Shown here: positions 11,702 through 22,899 of the stretch, piece by piece
Layout of the letters: the number at the start of each line of letters is the position of its first letter
Position numbering within the stretch: the first letter of the stretch is position 1
Source: Nemertoderma westbladi
Taxonomy: Eukaryota > Animalia > Xenacoelomorpha
Length of the DNA stretch: 33,885 nucleotides
Assembly: GCA_032718475.1 (NCBI GenBank)
Contig: JAUCBJ010005208.1
Location: 1-33,885 of the forward strand
Direction: 5' to 3'
Program-made: the position numbers and the translations under genes
The notes under the pieces: generated by a model
What the model was told of the DNA's origin: nothing
Seen by the model: the letters and a program-made list of their open reading frames with translations, nothing else
The model's database searches: none

Positions 11702-13264
11702 CCCTATTAGTACCGGGCTATAAAATGCTGTACAAATACCGGGAGGGGGTCATATTGACCCCCCCCCCCCCCCCCCCCCCCCTCTAAAATCTACAAATAT
11801 TTACGAAAACGTCTGATTTTTTGTTTGTACGTAGGTATCACTTGTCTGGATCCGACCGAAAAAAAAAATTTTCGAAAAAATGTACTGGGGTGGTTATATT
11901 GCAGCACCAAAATTACAAGTAGTGCACAATTTTCACAAAATTTGAAAGTTACATTTTCGGCTAATTATTTTTCAATACAGGTTTTCTGGGGTGCAAAAAA
12001 CATTGGAAAATATTTAAAAATGATATGATTACTATAAATGGCCGTTTAGTCCTCTCTGCGTAGGAAAAAAATGAAAAAAACAAGTAACCAGCACTTTTCA
12101 GGTAGAACACAAAATTTTTAATTCACTTATACGATGCTATCAATTCACATTTTCAGGTTTTCGATTGCGCTGATTCTAATGGAATACATTTCTAATATGC
12201 CAGATCATTGATACTTGTATTTTTCGGCGTAATTTGGCAAATTTTGGTGCTAGCACCAAATTTCGTACCCATCACCAAAAAGTACAAGTTTGCGATGTCC
12301 AGTGCTGTTTTTATGGATTCCATCGGATTCAGGACCCTCATAAACCCGTATAACGCAAGAAACAAGGTGATACTATCTACTGATAAATTTGCATATTTTC
12401 CAAAATTTGGTGCTGGCACAACAATTTTCACCCACTGGCGAAAAATACCAGTTTGAGAACTCTTATGAAATTTTTACTGATTCCATTGAATTCAGAACCA
12501 TCACAAACCCGTATAACGCAAGAAACAAGGTGACATAATCAATTGATATATTTGATGGTTTTCAAAATTTAGTGCTAGCACCACATTTTGCACCCACATC
12601 CGAAAAATACAAGTTTGAGATCTTCGATAATTATTTATTCCATTGAATTCAGAACAGCCATAAACCTCTAAAACGCAAGAAATAAATTGTCACAAGCAAT
12701 TTTATCTATCGAATGAATTTTCAAAATTTCGTGCTAGCACCAAAATTTGCACACAGCACCGAAAAATACAAGTTTGATACGCTTGGTGCAACTCGTATAT
12801 ATTTCATCGAATCCAGAACCCCAAAAAACCCCAATTGCGTAAAAAACAAGTTTCAAACAATCAATTTACAAAATTGACATAATTCAAAATTTGGTGCTGG
12901 CACCAAAATTTGGCACCCACCGAAAAAAACAAGTTTGAAATTTCTAAATCAATTTATATGAATTGCATCAAATTTCTAACACCAAAAAACCGGTGTAAAT
13001 CAAAAATAGAGATGTTACAATTCATATTTAATGAAATGTAATTTTCAAAAACGTCTCAAAAAAAGTGCCAAAAGTAGGGTTAAAAAATGGTGCTATAACT
13101 CGAAAAGTACCCAATATTTTTGAAAACGGTTTTCACTAGTAGGAAGACAATAGATTTTTAGGAAAAGTCGTAAATTTTCAGATTCCCAACTGCGTTTGTT
13201 TCAGAATTATAATAAAAAAACCACGGGGGGGGTCATATTGACCCCACCCCCGGGTTTAATAGGG
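11702..13264. mobile_element. Complete non-autonomous piggyBac-type DNA transposon (1563 bp)
   Basis: TTAA target duplication at 11698-11701 and 13265-13268. TIRs CCCTATTAGTACCGGG / CCCGGGTTTAATAGGG match at 13/16. The subterminal palindrome GGGGTCATATTGACCCC occurs at both ends. No transposase. Confidence 0.9.
12235..12960. repeat. ~163-bp tandem subrepeat x~4.5 inside the piggyBac-type element
   Basis: Palindromic GGTGCT(A/G)GCACC core at 12246, 12409, 12571, 12730 and 12893. Confidence 0.88.
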
Positions 13265-13284
13265 TTAATTTATAAATTTACAGG

Positions 13285-14226
13285 ATGGAAGCAGCTCTCA
13301 AGATAGTTTCACTGATGGAGATAATGTCTCCTGGATTCAAGCTGGGAATGGATGACAAGGAGATGCGTGGTCGGATACTTAGCGTAAAGAAGTGTGGGAA
13401 AGATAAGATGGCGTATATCACTAAGAAGGGGGGGTCGAAACGGAGTTTAGTTGAGACGCCATATGACTTGATTGGTGATATTAACAGTACCATGACATGT
13501 TATATATTAACTCAAACACAGGGCCACTCCGAAGAGTCAACCGTGAAACTACTTACAAGTGACCTATACGTTGGAGCACGAGTATCAATTTCTGCCCCAT
13601 ATTTTAACTGTAAATACATGAGCAACGACTCGGCCAATCCAATAATACATACAGGATCCCCTATTGAACTAACCCCTGGCCCAGCTTACGAACTTCCCTA
13701 CGTCCCCTACAACAAATACCCTGGCGATACTGACACTCATATGTTTAGTTACAAGGGTGTGAAAGTCAGTATCTCCGGGGTGTGTGTTGTAGGGGAGAGG
13801 TGTAGTGGGCTGCTTTGTGACAAACGTGCCAGCACTAAGGAGGCAGTATGTGCCTGTTATTATAAGACCAGGCGTTCTGCCAACTGGTGTGCTGGAATGT
13901 TTGTAAATCCAGATATTCCAGGATTTCCGGAAGCCGAGGACCGGCTAATCTCGTTCCATCTTTCAAAACTTTTCATTAATCCTTCAAGGATGGCTTTACC
14001 TTTGGGAAATTTCGGGGTTCCAGCCTTGAAGGATGCAGTGAAAGATATTTCAGAAAGGGTCAACAGAGAATGTGGTTGGTCGGTAGTAGGATGGTTTAAG
14101 TGTGGTACCATCACACAGGCGGATGGCGAGTCAACTATTTCACCAGAGGCTGACGCCCATATATCCTATATATGGCCGTCAGAGCCCAATAAAGTAAATG
14201 AGTTTATTGAAGAGAGGAAGATATAA
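13285..14226 (+). CDS. Intact 313-aa protein of unknown function with a Cys cluster (C-S-G-x2-CD...CAC) and a GWxVVGW motif; possible OB-fold/Zn nucleic-acid-binding protein
   Basis: Uninterrupted ORF with a paralog at 2343-3266. A splice-acceptor-like TTTACAG lies 1 nt before the ATG. The fold assignment is inference only. Confidence 0.8.
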   Translation: MEAALKIVSLMEIMSPGFKLGMDDKEMRGRILSVKKCGKDKMAYITKKGGSKRSLVETPYDLIGDINSTMTCYILTQTQGHSEESTVKLLTSDLYVGARVSISAPYFNCKYMSNDSANPIIHTGSPIELTPGPAYELPYVPYNKYPGDTDTHMFSYKGVKVSISGVCVVGERCSGLLCDKRASTKEAVCACYYKTRRSANWCAGMFVNPDIPGFPEAEDRLISFHLSKLFINPSRMALPLGNFGVPALKDAVKDISERVNRECGWSVVGWFKCGTITQADGESTISPEADAHISYIWPSEPNKVNEFIEERKI

Positions 14227-14384
14227 GAGGAGATATACGATTTATTGTTTGTTTTTATGTTACGTTAAGTACTTTTACTAGTATACATACATTAGCCCCT
14301 GTCCAATTTTTTTAATTATATATATATATATATCAGGAAAAAATACTAAAAAATCAATACATTTTGTTAACCTCAAAAAATTAT

Positions 14385-14642
14385 ATAAAATATTTTGTAA
14401 GCCCAAAAAAAAAATATAAAATACTTTCGAAAAAACAAAAAAAAATATAAAATATATTGTAAACCAAAAAAAGTAGAAAATGCGTGCCGAAATACAAAAA
14501 AAATATATTAAATATTTTGTAAACCCAAAAAAATATAAAATGCGTTCTGAAATACAGAAAAAAAATATAAAATATATTGTAAACCCAAAAAAAATTGAAA
14601 ATGCGTGCCAAAATACAAAAAAAATATTAAATATTTTGTAAA
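14385..14642. repeat. ~60-bp A-rich tandem repeat x~4
   Basis: Recurring TTGTAAACCCAAAAAAA...AAAATGCG..C.GAAATACA. Confidence 0.85.
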
Positions 14643-16060
14643 CTGGGTGGTACTGTAAAAACTAAGTCTGTAAAAGAGTGGTACTGTAACAAATGTTACA
14701 GTACCACCCTCTCACACTTTGTAACATAACATTGAGATTCAGATAATCAAAATAGTCATTATAGAGATAAGTATGTACATGATACCGCCAATTCGATGAC
14801 CAAGGATATGTTGAATTCATTCGATAAACTTTAATTAGTTTCAATAGAGACATTATTAGATATAGATATTTGAAATATATTATGTACATGCAACATTGCA
14901 TATTTCAATATCCGTACAATAAATTTTCTTACTTTCATGGCATTTTGAAATTATTGATATAAACAAATGTGAAACACTGTATTTAAAAACTAATCCCAGG
15001 CTATTCCTATTGTAAGTCAAAGTTATTTGTTGTAAATTGTAATGTACGACATTTAAACGACTGAAAATTATTATTAATTTGGCATCTTCCTGGCTTTCGT
15101 AAAGGTTCACCGCAATCTCTCACTAAAAAAAAGATATACAGGGTGGGGAGGGGAGGAGTCTATCAGAATGTCTTCATCATGTGCACTTTAATAGCCCCTA
15201 TGACCCATCAACACGAGTGTGGATGGGACATAGGGGAGACTACCTCATATAATATGCAGAATAAATTCCTTACAAAATCAGGCATTATTCTCTAGCCTAT
15301 TAATTGCAGTTCATTATTTTCGGGTTAATATGTTTGGTTATTGATATATCTAACATATGTTACATACAGTACTAAAAACACGACCCCTCCACACATCCAG
15401 TAACATTGAAATGAGAAAGGCTAAATTTGTAATATCAGCATAAAAAAAAAGGTTTTATGAATATTTTTACTGGTATATTTTGTAAGTAATTAATTGACGG
15501 CACCACCCTTTGTTGGATTTATTAGCAACAGTTGCGATATGTATAACAACTTGGACCACAACCAGAAACCAAAAGGATATACAAAATTATTGTATAAAGA
15601 CTTGGATGTCTGAATATAGCAAGGAAGTGAAATAATATTTCTAAAAAAAATATTTAAATACAAGTAATAAAAATAATACTGCATGAGCAGAACAATAAAT
15701 CATTTACATATATAAGACAATGAAATAAATCATTATGACAATATATTCCAACGTTTGCGAACAGTCTATCAGTTATAAGCAATCAAGTTAGCAATCAGTT
15801 ATAAGACTCAAGAACCAATAATTGTTTGGTTAGCTAGTACAATTGTAAAAAATTTTTCTATATTCTAAAATTTAGTTCCCAAAATGTTAACTGGGGAGGT
15901 TTTCTTCTAAGTTTCTCCACTACATTTCTAATTTCGTATACATTACCACCCTGAACTACCTGCCAGACATATTATGCTAAGAAGCCCAAATCTACTGAAC
16001 TCTTAGATATACTTAGAAATGGAGCGAACGAAAATGTTGACGACTTCTCACCCGAACATA

Positions 16061-17900
16061 GGGGAAGAGGGGGTATTAAGGGACAAGTTACAATAAAGCT
16101 GCCATATTTCCTGGAAACAATATTATATTTATTATGTTTATGTATCACCTGGTACCTTGATACAGTACAAGTAGTAGGCCACATTTAAGGTGCTGTATGT
16201 ACATTCCTGTCTGGGTGTACAATTCATACAGTTAATTCAGGTTAAATTTTAGCATCATTAAGTTTATTGAAAACTTTATATCATGTGGTTTAAGTGTCTA
16301 CCAAAATAGATAAAGTTGGTGAAAATTCGTCAATATGGTTTTATTTTGTTCCCTACTTGTCTAGCTGACACTATTGGTTCATTAAAAATCAAATCCAATT
16401 ATTTATTTGGTTCGAATTGGGTAATCGGTTTTAGTAAAATATTTTTGTCAGTTGTGGGTATTAGGGGACAGATTAAAGCTTGGTATAAATTGTCAAATCA
16501 TGAGCGTTGAGCTACTACTGTACTAGCTGTTATTTCTAGTGTTGAAATAGAATGCTACAGCCTAGGACTACAGTACAGTACTACTGGACTGGTAGGTGGT
16601 AGGCCTATTTGACTGTTTGAAGGGCAGGCTTATAGCACAGGGTTGGCTTATCTTATAGCACTATAAGTCTTATAGTCTATCACATCCGTACCTGCCTATC
16701 TGTCTATTCTATGCATATATAATATATATAGTACCGTAACACTGCAACAGATAAAGCTGTCATGGTAAAAAGGTACAAAGCAGGAAAGGTTGGTGGCCGC
16801 ACATCTGGAGACAAAGTTAAGGAAAGAACAAACTGGTCAAACTCACCCAGACTGGCAGAAGCAATAGAGGCTTATCGGACAAGCTCTACTCTTACTATTA
16901 GAGATGTAGCAAAGGCTTACAGTATACCCAAAAGTGTCCTACACAGGCGATCATCTGAGAAACTGGATATTTCTGCTCATGTTGGTAGATCAACAGTCCT
17001 TAAAATACAGGAAGAGACACTCTTTGCTGAATCATGTAAGCTATCTGAATCCTGGGGATATCCACTGACGAGAGGTGAACTTGTTGAGGCTGTTGCCTTC
17101 TATGTAATACGCGAAAAAATCACCAAAACTCCATGGGGAAGAATGCCGTTTATCGAAGGAAAGCCAACTATGGAATGGGCCACAGCCTTTATACATCGAC
17201 ATCCGGATCTCTCAATTAGGAAAACCGAACAGTTAAGTAGCGCTCGTGGAAAAGCTATTACCAAGGATGTAATCTCTAAGTTCTATAGCCTATTGAAAGA
17301 GACCCTAACAAAACTCGATCTGCTTGATAAACCTGCACAGATATTCAACTGTGACGAAACCGGATTTGCCACAGACCCTGAAGATACCTTAGTCATCGCG
17401 AGGAAGGGGGTGAGAAACGTCAATCAGTCTATTGGTGGCAGTGGAAGGGAGCACTGGACTGTCAATGGATGTTGCAGCGCCACGGGCCAAGTACTACCAC
17501 CTCTTGTTATATACAAGGGGAAGAACTTGTACTCCAAATATACTGTGGATGGCTATCCAGATACTCAGTTTGCAATGAGTGAGAATGGTTGGATTAATGG
17601 AGTTGTATTCTACAACTGGTTTCGCAAGTTCGTAGCACAGATACCTTCTGCCAGACCAGTACTATTAATTCTTGATGGGCACCTATCCCATTTTAGTGTT
17701 GAGACCATTGGTTATGCACGTGCTAACGATATCTGGATATGACAATTTTTAAGCTGCCACCCCACACCACACACCTGCTACAACCCCGTGATAGGTGTGT
17801 TTATGGGCCAGTCAAGAAAGGGTGGTTGAGGCTTTTACGACAGTATGTCAGTAGGCAGTAAGCGTCTTCTGAAAGAACACTTTCCCAAACTGATTAAGGA
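16061..17900 (+). mobile_element. 3'-truncated pogo/Tigger-type (Tc1/mariner superfamily) DNA transposon
   Basis: Candidate left end TA|GGGGAAGAGGGGGTATTAAGGGACA at 16059-16085, with the motif repeated as GGGTATTAGGGGACA at about 16456. The transposase lies downstream. No right TIR was found, and the left boundary is tentative. Confidence 0.65.
16762..17860 (+). pseudogene. pogo/Tigger-like DDE_1 transposase (HTH_psq + CENP-B-type HTH + DDE), disrupted at 17740
   Basis: IRDVAKAYSIPKSVLHRR, WATAFIHRHPDL, IFNCDETG, SENGWING and LLILDGHLSH. After the stop/frameshift comes LPPHTTHLLQPRDRCVYGPVK (normally QPLD). Confidence 0.93.
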
Positions 17901-18464
17901 AGGCTCTTGACAAACCCGACGAAATGGCGAAGACTCTTTTGTGTCTCATGGTGAAGTTTTTGTTCACGAACATCAAGTTTGTTGTAAAAATGATACCAAT
18001 TAATTCGCTAGATTCTGCATTCCAAGCATTTGAGCGATGTTACTCCAGCTCATCTACATAGCTCAGTCGAGAGTTTATCCATTGTTTATATGGCTGGGTA
18101 TATTGCAAAATCTTTTCCGCAATACAAGATAGGATTCGACTCCATACCACAGGAATACACCCAGCAATATTTATTTATTACCGAGCTAAATAGAGGAGGT
18201 CTTTCTTACCCATCAGATGAACTATTTTTTTATTGTTATTTATGCACGAAATTTTATCGCAGTTCCATTACTAAATTTTGCCGAAAGAGTCTGATTGGTG
18301 CTTTAACAAAAATTTCAAATACATATTCAAGAGATTCCCAATTCCCTGATTCCCTGTTGCGAAAAATTTCTAACATATTGTTTAGTAATTTTTGCAAATT
18401 CTCCACCCCCTTACGAAAAATATCGAATGTGAAAGTGCCTTCAAAAATAAAAAAGCTGCAGTAA
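17900..18464 (+). pseudogene. Internally deleted P-element/THAP9-like transposase fragment
   Basis: KALDKPDEMAKTLLCLMVKFLFTNIKFVVKMIPINSL (core motif, 17900-18010) is joined across a frameshift to the C-terminal motifs IVYMAGYIAK and FITELNRGGLSYPSDELF. Confidence 0.75.
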
Positions 18465-18589
18465 TTGTTTTCTACTTAAACTGAATATAACTTGTGCTTT
18501 AAATTTATATGTATTATTTTATTATAGTTTTAGTATTAATAGTAGTAAATTCAATCGATTTTTTGAAGCAGTTATAATAACTCTAATGA

Positions 18590-18945
18590 TATTACATATT
18601 GACAGACACATACAGACAAACAAACAGACATACAGACAGACAGTCCAGATTCCTTCAAACATGAAAATTGACATTGGAAATGTACTCACCGACCAGGAAA
18701 ACCCCTATAAAAATATTTTAGCATTTTTTAGCTATGTGGTGATCTTCCTTATTTTTTCTCACTCATACAGACAGACAAACAGACATTCTAAATTCCGTCA
18801 AAAATAAATACTGACATCGGAAATGGAATCACCGACTACGAAAACCCCAATATGGGTAATTTTATTAATCTTGTGTGATTTAAAATCGTAGGTACACCCT
18901 CCCACTTTAATAAAAATGTTCAGCCTCCAATAATTGGAGGCCAAT
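18590..18945 (-). mobile_element. Possible Helentron-associated non-autonomous element (HINE/DINE-1-like) fragment
   Basis: Terminal hairpin GCCTCCAA-TAA-TTGGAGGC at 18923-18941, (GTCT)n-like microsatellites on the minus strand, and two ~165-bp diverged subunits (GACAT.GGAAATG.A.TCACCGAC.A.GAAAACCCC). Confidence 0.45.
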
Positions 18946-19139
18946 TCTCGCTGCATGACCTGTTATTTAGTACACCTTGGTTTCAACCCATGCAGTGTCC
19001 CTGAAACTTTCCTTGTTTACCGGTAGATTAAGTGAATATTAATGATTTTTATATTAAAACAACTAACTGTTTGAAGCGGTTGTCATGGAAACAGAAAATT
19101 TGAAAAATTTAATTAGGATGCAGAATAAGTGCTATTGCG

Positions 19140-21206
19140 GGGGTAGGCGATTTTATCCTTAGGGACCACTCAAAGATTTGGGCATCAATCACATTTGGAT
19201 TGAGTCTTTGAATTTTTACTTCCATATATGAAGGAAACTGACCTTCTGGTATATGCATGTCAGATGGTGCACTTACCCTAACCTCCACTTACTAATACGA
19301 GCCCAGGTATATATGCATGCTCACGAACTGAAACTATATCCTTTTCGTGCGATGCACCCTGTCCTTTAAAAGCTGTCTGAGCATCAGCACCTTCTAAGGG
19401 ATGTCCATATCTTATTTTTTGTACAGCTTTCTTTTTTGTTGTTTTTAGAGGCCGCCAGGTGACTGGAATTGGTACAAAATCTTTCATTTCTGGGTGTCCT
19501 AATATATTTGGACCACCCATATTTGAATAATTGCTAACTCTTATGACCTGGTAATCTGGGAGTGCTGGAGGGTTCTGAGGCAATGTAAAGGTTGCTTTAA
19601 ATTCCTCAGGTAAATCTGCAAGCATTTCAATAGTTGCTGTTTCTCCATTTATTAATATCAGATTACTTCTAACAGGGAGTTGTTTAATTGGTGATGATCG
19701 AAGGTCAATGGGCTTTGTTGTCACCAGACCATTGAGTGCATTCTTAAGTATATTGTTTTTAATATTAAGTTCATATGTGTTATCAAAATATAATGGACCT
19801 ATATATTCATATATTCCCCCATTAAAAAGTCCAAGAGCAGAATTTATATTTTGTAAAAGCATAACTCTTATTCCAGGAATTAAATATAATTTCGCACCCA
19901 TACCACCAAAATCTTTAGCACTCAAGGAACTTAAAAGATTTGATTGCTCTGCTGGCTGGTGAAATGAATGAAAGCCACATATTGGATTGCCAGTATTATT
20001 ACGGAAATGTAACAGTGCTTTTGCATTAGCAGACTCTACAGTTTTTCTGTCAGGCGCATTATCTTGCGCATAATGATAACCCAGGACAGTATGTGCATTT
20101 TGCCAGGCAAGATCATTCTTCACATCAATTGCACTTGCAGTATATTTTTTGAAAAAATCAACATGTTCCTGAGTATAATTACCAAATCGCATTTCTCTTA
20201 GTATTTTTGAAACAAAGCGATGGGAAATAGGTTCATCAGTTGACCTCTTTACTTCATCAAGAAATACTGCTTCAAAATCTCCAAATAAATAGTGTTTAGA
20301 GAACATTGCTATAGCCTCCAATTCATCAGTTGTACGAGGAACCCTGGCATTTTTGGTTGCACATTTTTGCCACATTTTGTATCCAGGGATTGTAGAAAGA
20401 GGAGGCATTCTAAACAATTGGCGAAATGTATCAATACCATTGACTGAAAGAGCACCAATATCCCTACCTTCCTTGGTATGTGTATGTATACTCCATATTG
20501 GTAGATCTCCTATTGGTAGAAGTTGGGCTGGATCACCCACAAAGACAATTCCAATACGTTCTAAATCTACTTTAACCTCCTTCAACCTATCAAAAACTGC
20601 TTGGAAAAGAGATCTGCCAAACATGGTGAATTCATCTATGACAATAAGCATTAGTTCTTCTCCAAGGGAAAGACACAATTCAGCTAGTTTGTCAGATGTC
20701 TCAGCTAAAGGTTTCCCAACTTCACCAACTCGAATAGCAAACAATTTATGAATAATCTGTGACCCATTACCCATTTGAAAAGATGCAGCTCCAGTTGGAG
20801 CACCCAATTTAACATTTTGATGCCATTCTTCACCTAATATATCTGTTAATTTCCCAATTGTATATTTCATGGTATGGGATTTACCAGTTCCTGGGTATCC
20901 AGAAATAAAAAGTCTTAGTGGTTTAGGTTTTTCACAATTACCAATTCGATAATTTAACTGTTCTTTCACAAATGTGGATATAATATTAGGAATAAGACGC
21001 TGTTTATTGCCTAACAATGATTTAACACTATCATTGCTGCCCCGAACAGTTTTCATATATTCAAAGCGCTCTTTAACCTGACTTTGTTCTATGTGTTTCC
21101 CTTTAGTCCACATTTGCATAAAATCAACATTTTCTGGATTTGCATATTGTTGTAAGTTGTCAAAGTTGTCAAAGATGCTGTCAAAGTATATCTTGCAATG
21201 GAACAC
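19140..21206 (-). pseudogene. PIF1-family SF1B helicase, Helitron-type, 5'-truncated, frameshift in motif VI
   Basis: 642-aa ORF: PLRLFISGYPGTGKS, APTGAAS..IHKLF, LIVIDEFTM, VFVGDPAQLLPI, RVMLLQNI...GLFNG, HPLEGADAQTAFKGQGAS. It continues after a frameshift near 19280 as RVSAPSDMHIPEGQFPSY. Confidence 0.92.
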
Positions 21207-21502
21207 CCATATGATCCCTATGGTGAGGGGCCTATTATGTTAGATCCCTTAAGAGCAGGTACCACCTATACATATGATTAGCCTTCCAAATCAGAAATTT
21301 TCCCCCTGCAACCCCCAGCTGTTTGCTGCTATTTGTTCTAATGATAATTTATTAAGACTTGATAGTCGTGGCTGTGTTGACTATTGTACAAAATATAGTG
21401 CTGGTCAGGATGAAAAGGCAGAGATTATTATTAAAACTGGTCAAGAAAAAGATTTAGTGAAAACTAAAGTATTAGATAGATCTGCATAATACCAAAATTA
21501 CT
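21207..21502 (+). pseudogene. Fragment of a Helitron-like HUH/Y2 Rep domain (catalytic YxxKY motif)
   Basis: FSPCNPQLFAAICSNDNLLRLDSRGCVDYCTKYSAG parallels the Helitron pattern PYNP.Ll....sn.dv.......Y..KY..K. Frameshifted flanks read LDPLRAG and HNTKIT. Confidence 0.7.
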
Positions 21503-21556
21503 TTTCAATTACTTTACAATTTTCGATTACTTTTATCAATTACCATCGATAGTCTT

Positions 21557-21725
21557 TGGCGTGGTGGTTGTTGGGAGCAACTCATTCTATCCATTAAACT
21601 TGCTATGACAAAAACCGTTCCTTACAACAAGACCTTAACCGATGACGAATTAGTAACACTCTTGACTGAGATTGAACATACTTTAAACTCTAGACCCATC
21701 ACATTAGTACCTGATGGCCCAGATA
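21557..21725 (+). pseudogene. Short BEL/Pao integrase remnant (different family from 22900-24073); absent from the ORF track
   Basis: WRGGCWEQLILSIKLAMTKTVPYNKTLTDDELVTLLTEIEHTLNSRPIT matches the BEL W.GG.WERLV...LT.EEL.T.L.EIE..LNSRP motif. Confidence 0.85.
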
Positions 21726-21739
21726 GAATGCATGATATT

Positions 21740-22895
21740 TAGAAACAAAACCTCCCACCAGAATAGTGGAAAAACTTAAAGAAATTTAGACTTCAATACA
21801 ATTTAATAAAAACAGATAACAAAATAATAATAATTCAAATAATTTAAATAATGATCCAAGCCCGAATTTACAAAATAATTCAAATGATTTTGTTCCAAAC
21901 GAACAAATTAATTCCGTTTCCAATACGGGTGCTATTAACGTGAACACGTCGGGCGTGTATGGCCAGGCAGACGGGGGCCTGGTAGGCCATATAGTTGGTA
22001 GGCAGGGAGCGGCTGGGTTGGGTAGACCCAGCGAGGGCCTGGTAGGCCACGTAGTTGATAGGCAGGGAGTGGCTGGGTTGGATAGACCCAGCGAGGGCCT
22101 GGTAGGCCACGTAGTTGGTAGGCAGGGAGTAGAGGGCCTGGTAGGCCACGCAATAGCAGAGGGAGAGGCGGGGGTGAATAGACCCGACCGCGGTAGGGTT
22201 GATGTGTCGACTGGAGAGGGATATGGTAGCGGGGTGAGAAATAGCGAAGCTAGATGTGGCGAGTGGGGGGGGGGCTACAGTGGCCCCACAACAGCGAGTT
22301 AGCGGCGAAAAGGGGGGGGGGGGGCAGAGAGTGTCCCACAGCCGTCAGCGGATAATGCGCAGGCCGAAATAGGTAAACCGCAACACCCGGCGACAGAGAG
22401 TAATAGGGGGATAGCGAGTATCCCCAGCGGCGTGCGACCGAGCAGAGAGAGACAGGTTGACGTCGTGAGAGGGCGGACGAAGCGTCGAGCCCGATCAGAA
22501 GAGGGAAGAAGAACAGTGGGGTTTAACCGGGAGGTCGACGAGAGATCTCGCGAGCGGGAATACTCCACTGAAAGGAGGAGAAGAGAAGACAGTAGTAGAA
22601 GTATCGCCGCGAACGATGAAAGAGTGAGTACGGATAGCGAGCCGTCGGTGGTCGAGATGAGAATGGAGAGTCAGTGGGGTCGGACTCCGGGAGATTGCCG
22701 TCGCCCCGGAGAGATGCGACCTGGCGAGGCGCATCACGCGCCGATGGAGGGGTACGCGATGTACCGGTACGAAGATGAGAAAAGTAGAGAGGGGGGTCGA
22801 AACTTTCCGACGGAATATACCTACCGATCGAGAGTACGGTAGCCACGGGGAGGACTATTCGAGAAGAATAAACTTCGATCCCGAGCGACACATGC
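21740..22895 (+). pseudogene. Low-complexity N-terminal Gag-like region of an internally deleted BEL/Pao element
   Basis: Asn-rich, then Gly/Arg/Glu-rich, near-continuous frames with a purine-rich plus strand, abutting the integrase; PR/RT/RH are absent. No diagnostic Gag motif is seen. Confidence 0.5.
21975..22150. repeat. 60-bp tandem repeat x~3
   Basis: GGGCCTGGTAGGCCA..TAGTTG.TAGGCAGGGAG at 21975, 22035 and 22095, with a partial copy at 22134. Confidence 0.93.
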
Positions 22896-22899
22896 AGAC

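Noticed and set aside
12192-12456. Duplicated small 'genes' matching 3375-3747
   Set aside because: Similarity comes from a shared non-coding transposon subrepeat that is open on both strands.
19278-21206. Host PIF1 gene
   Set aside because: Intronless, truncated, divergent motifs and adjacent to a Rep fragment, so a mobile-element origin is more likely.
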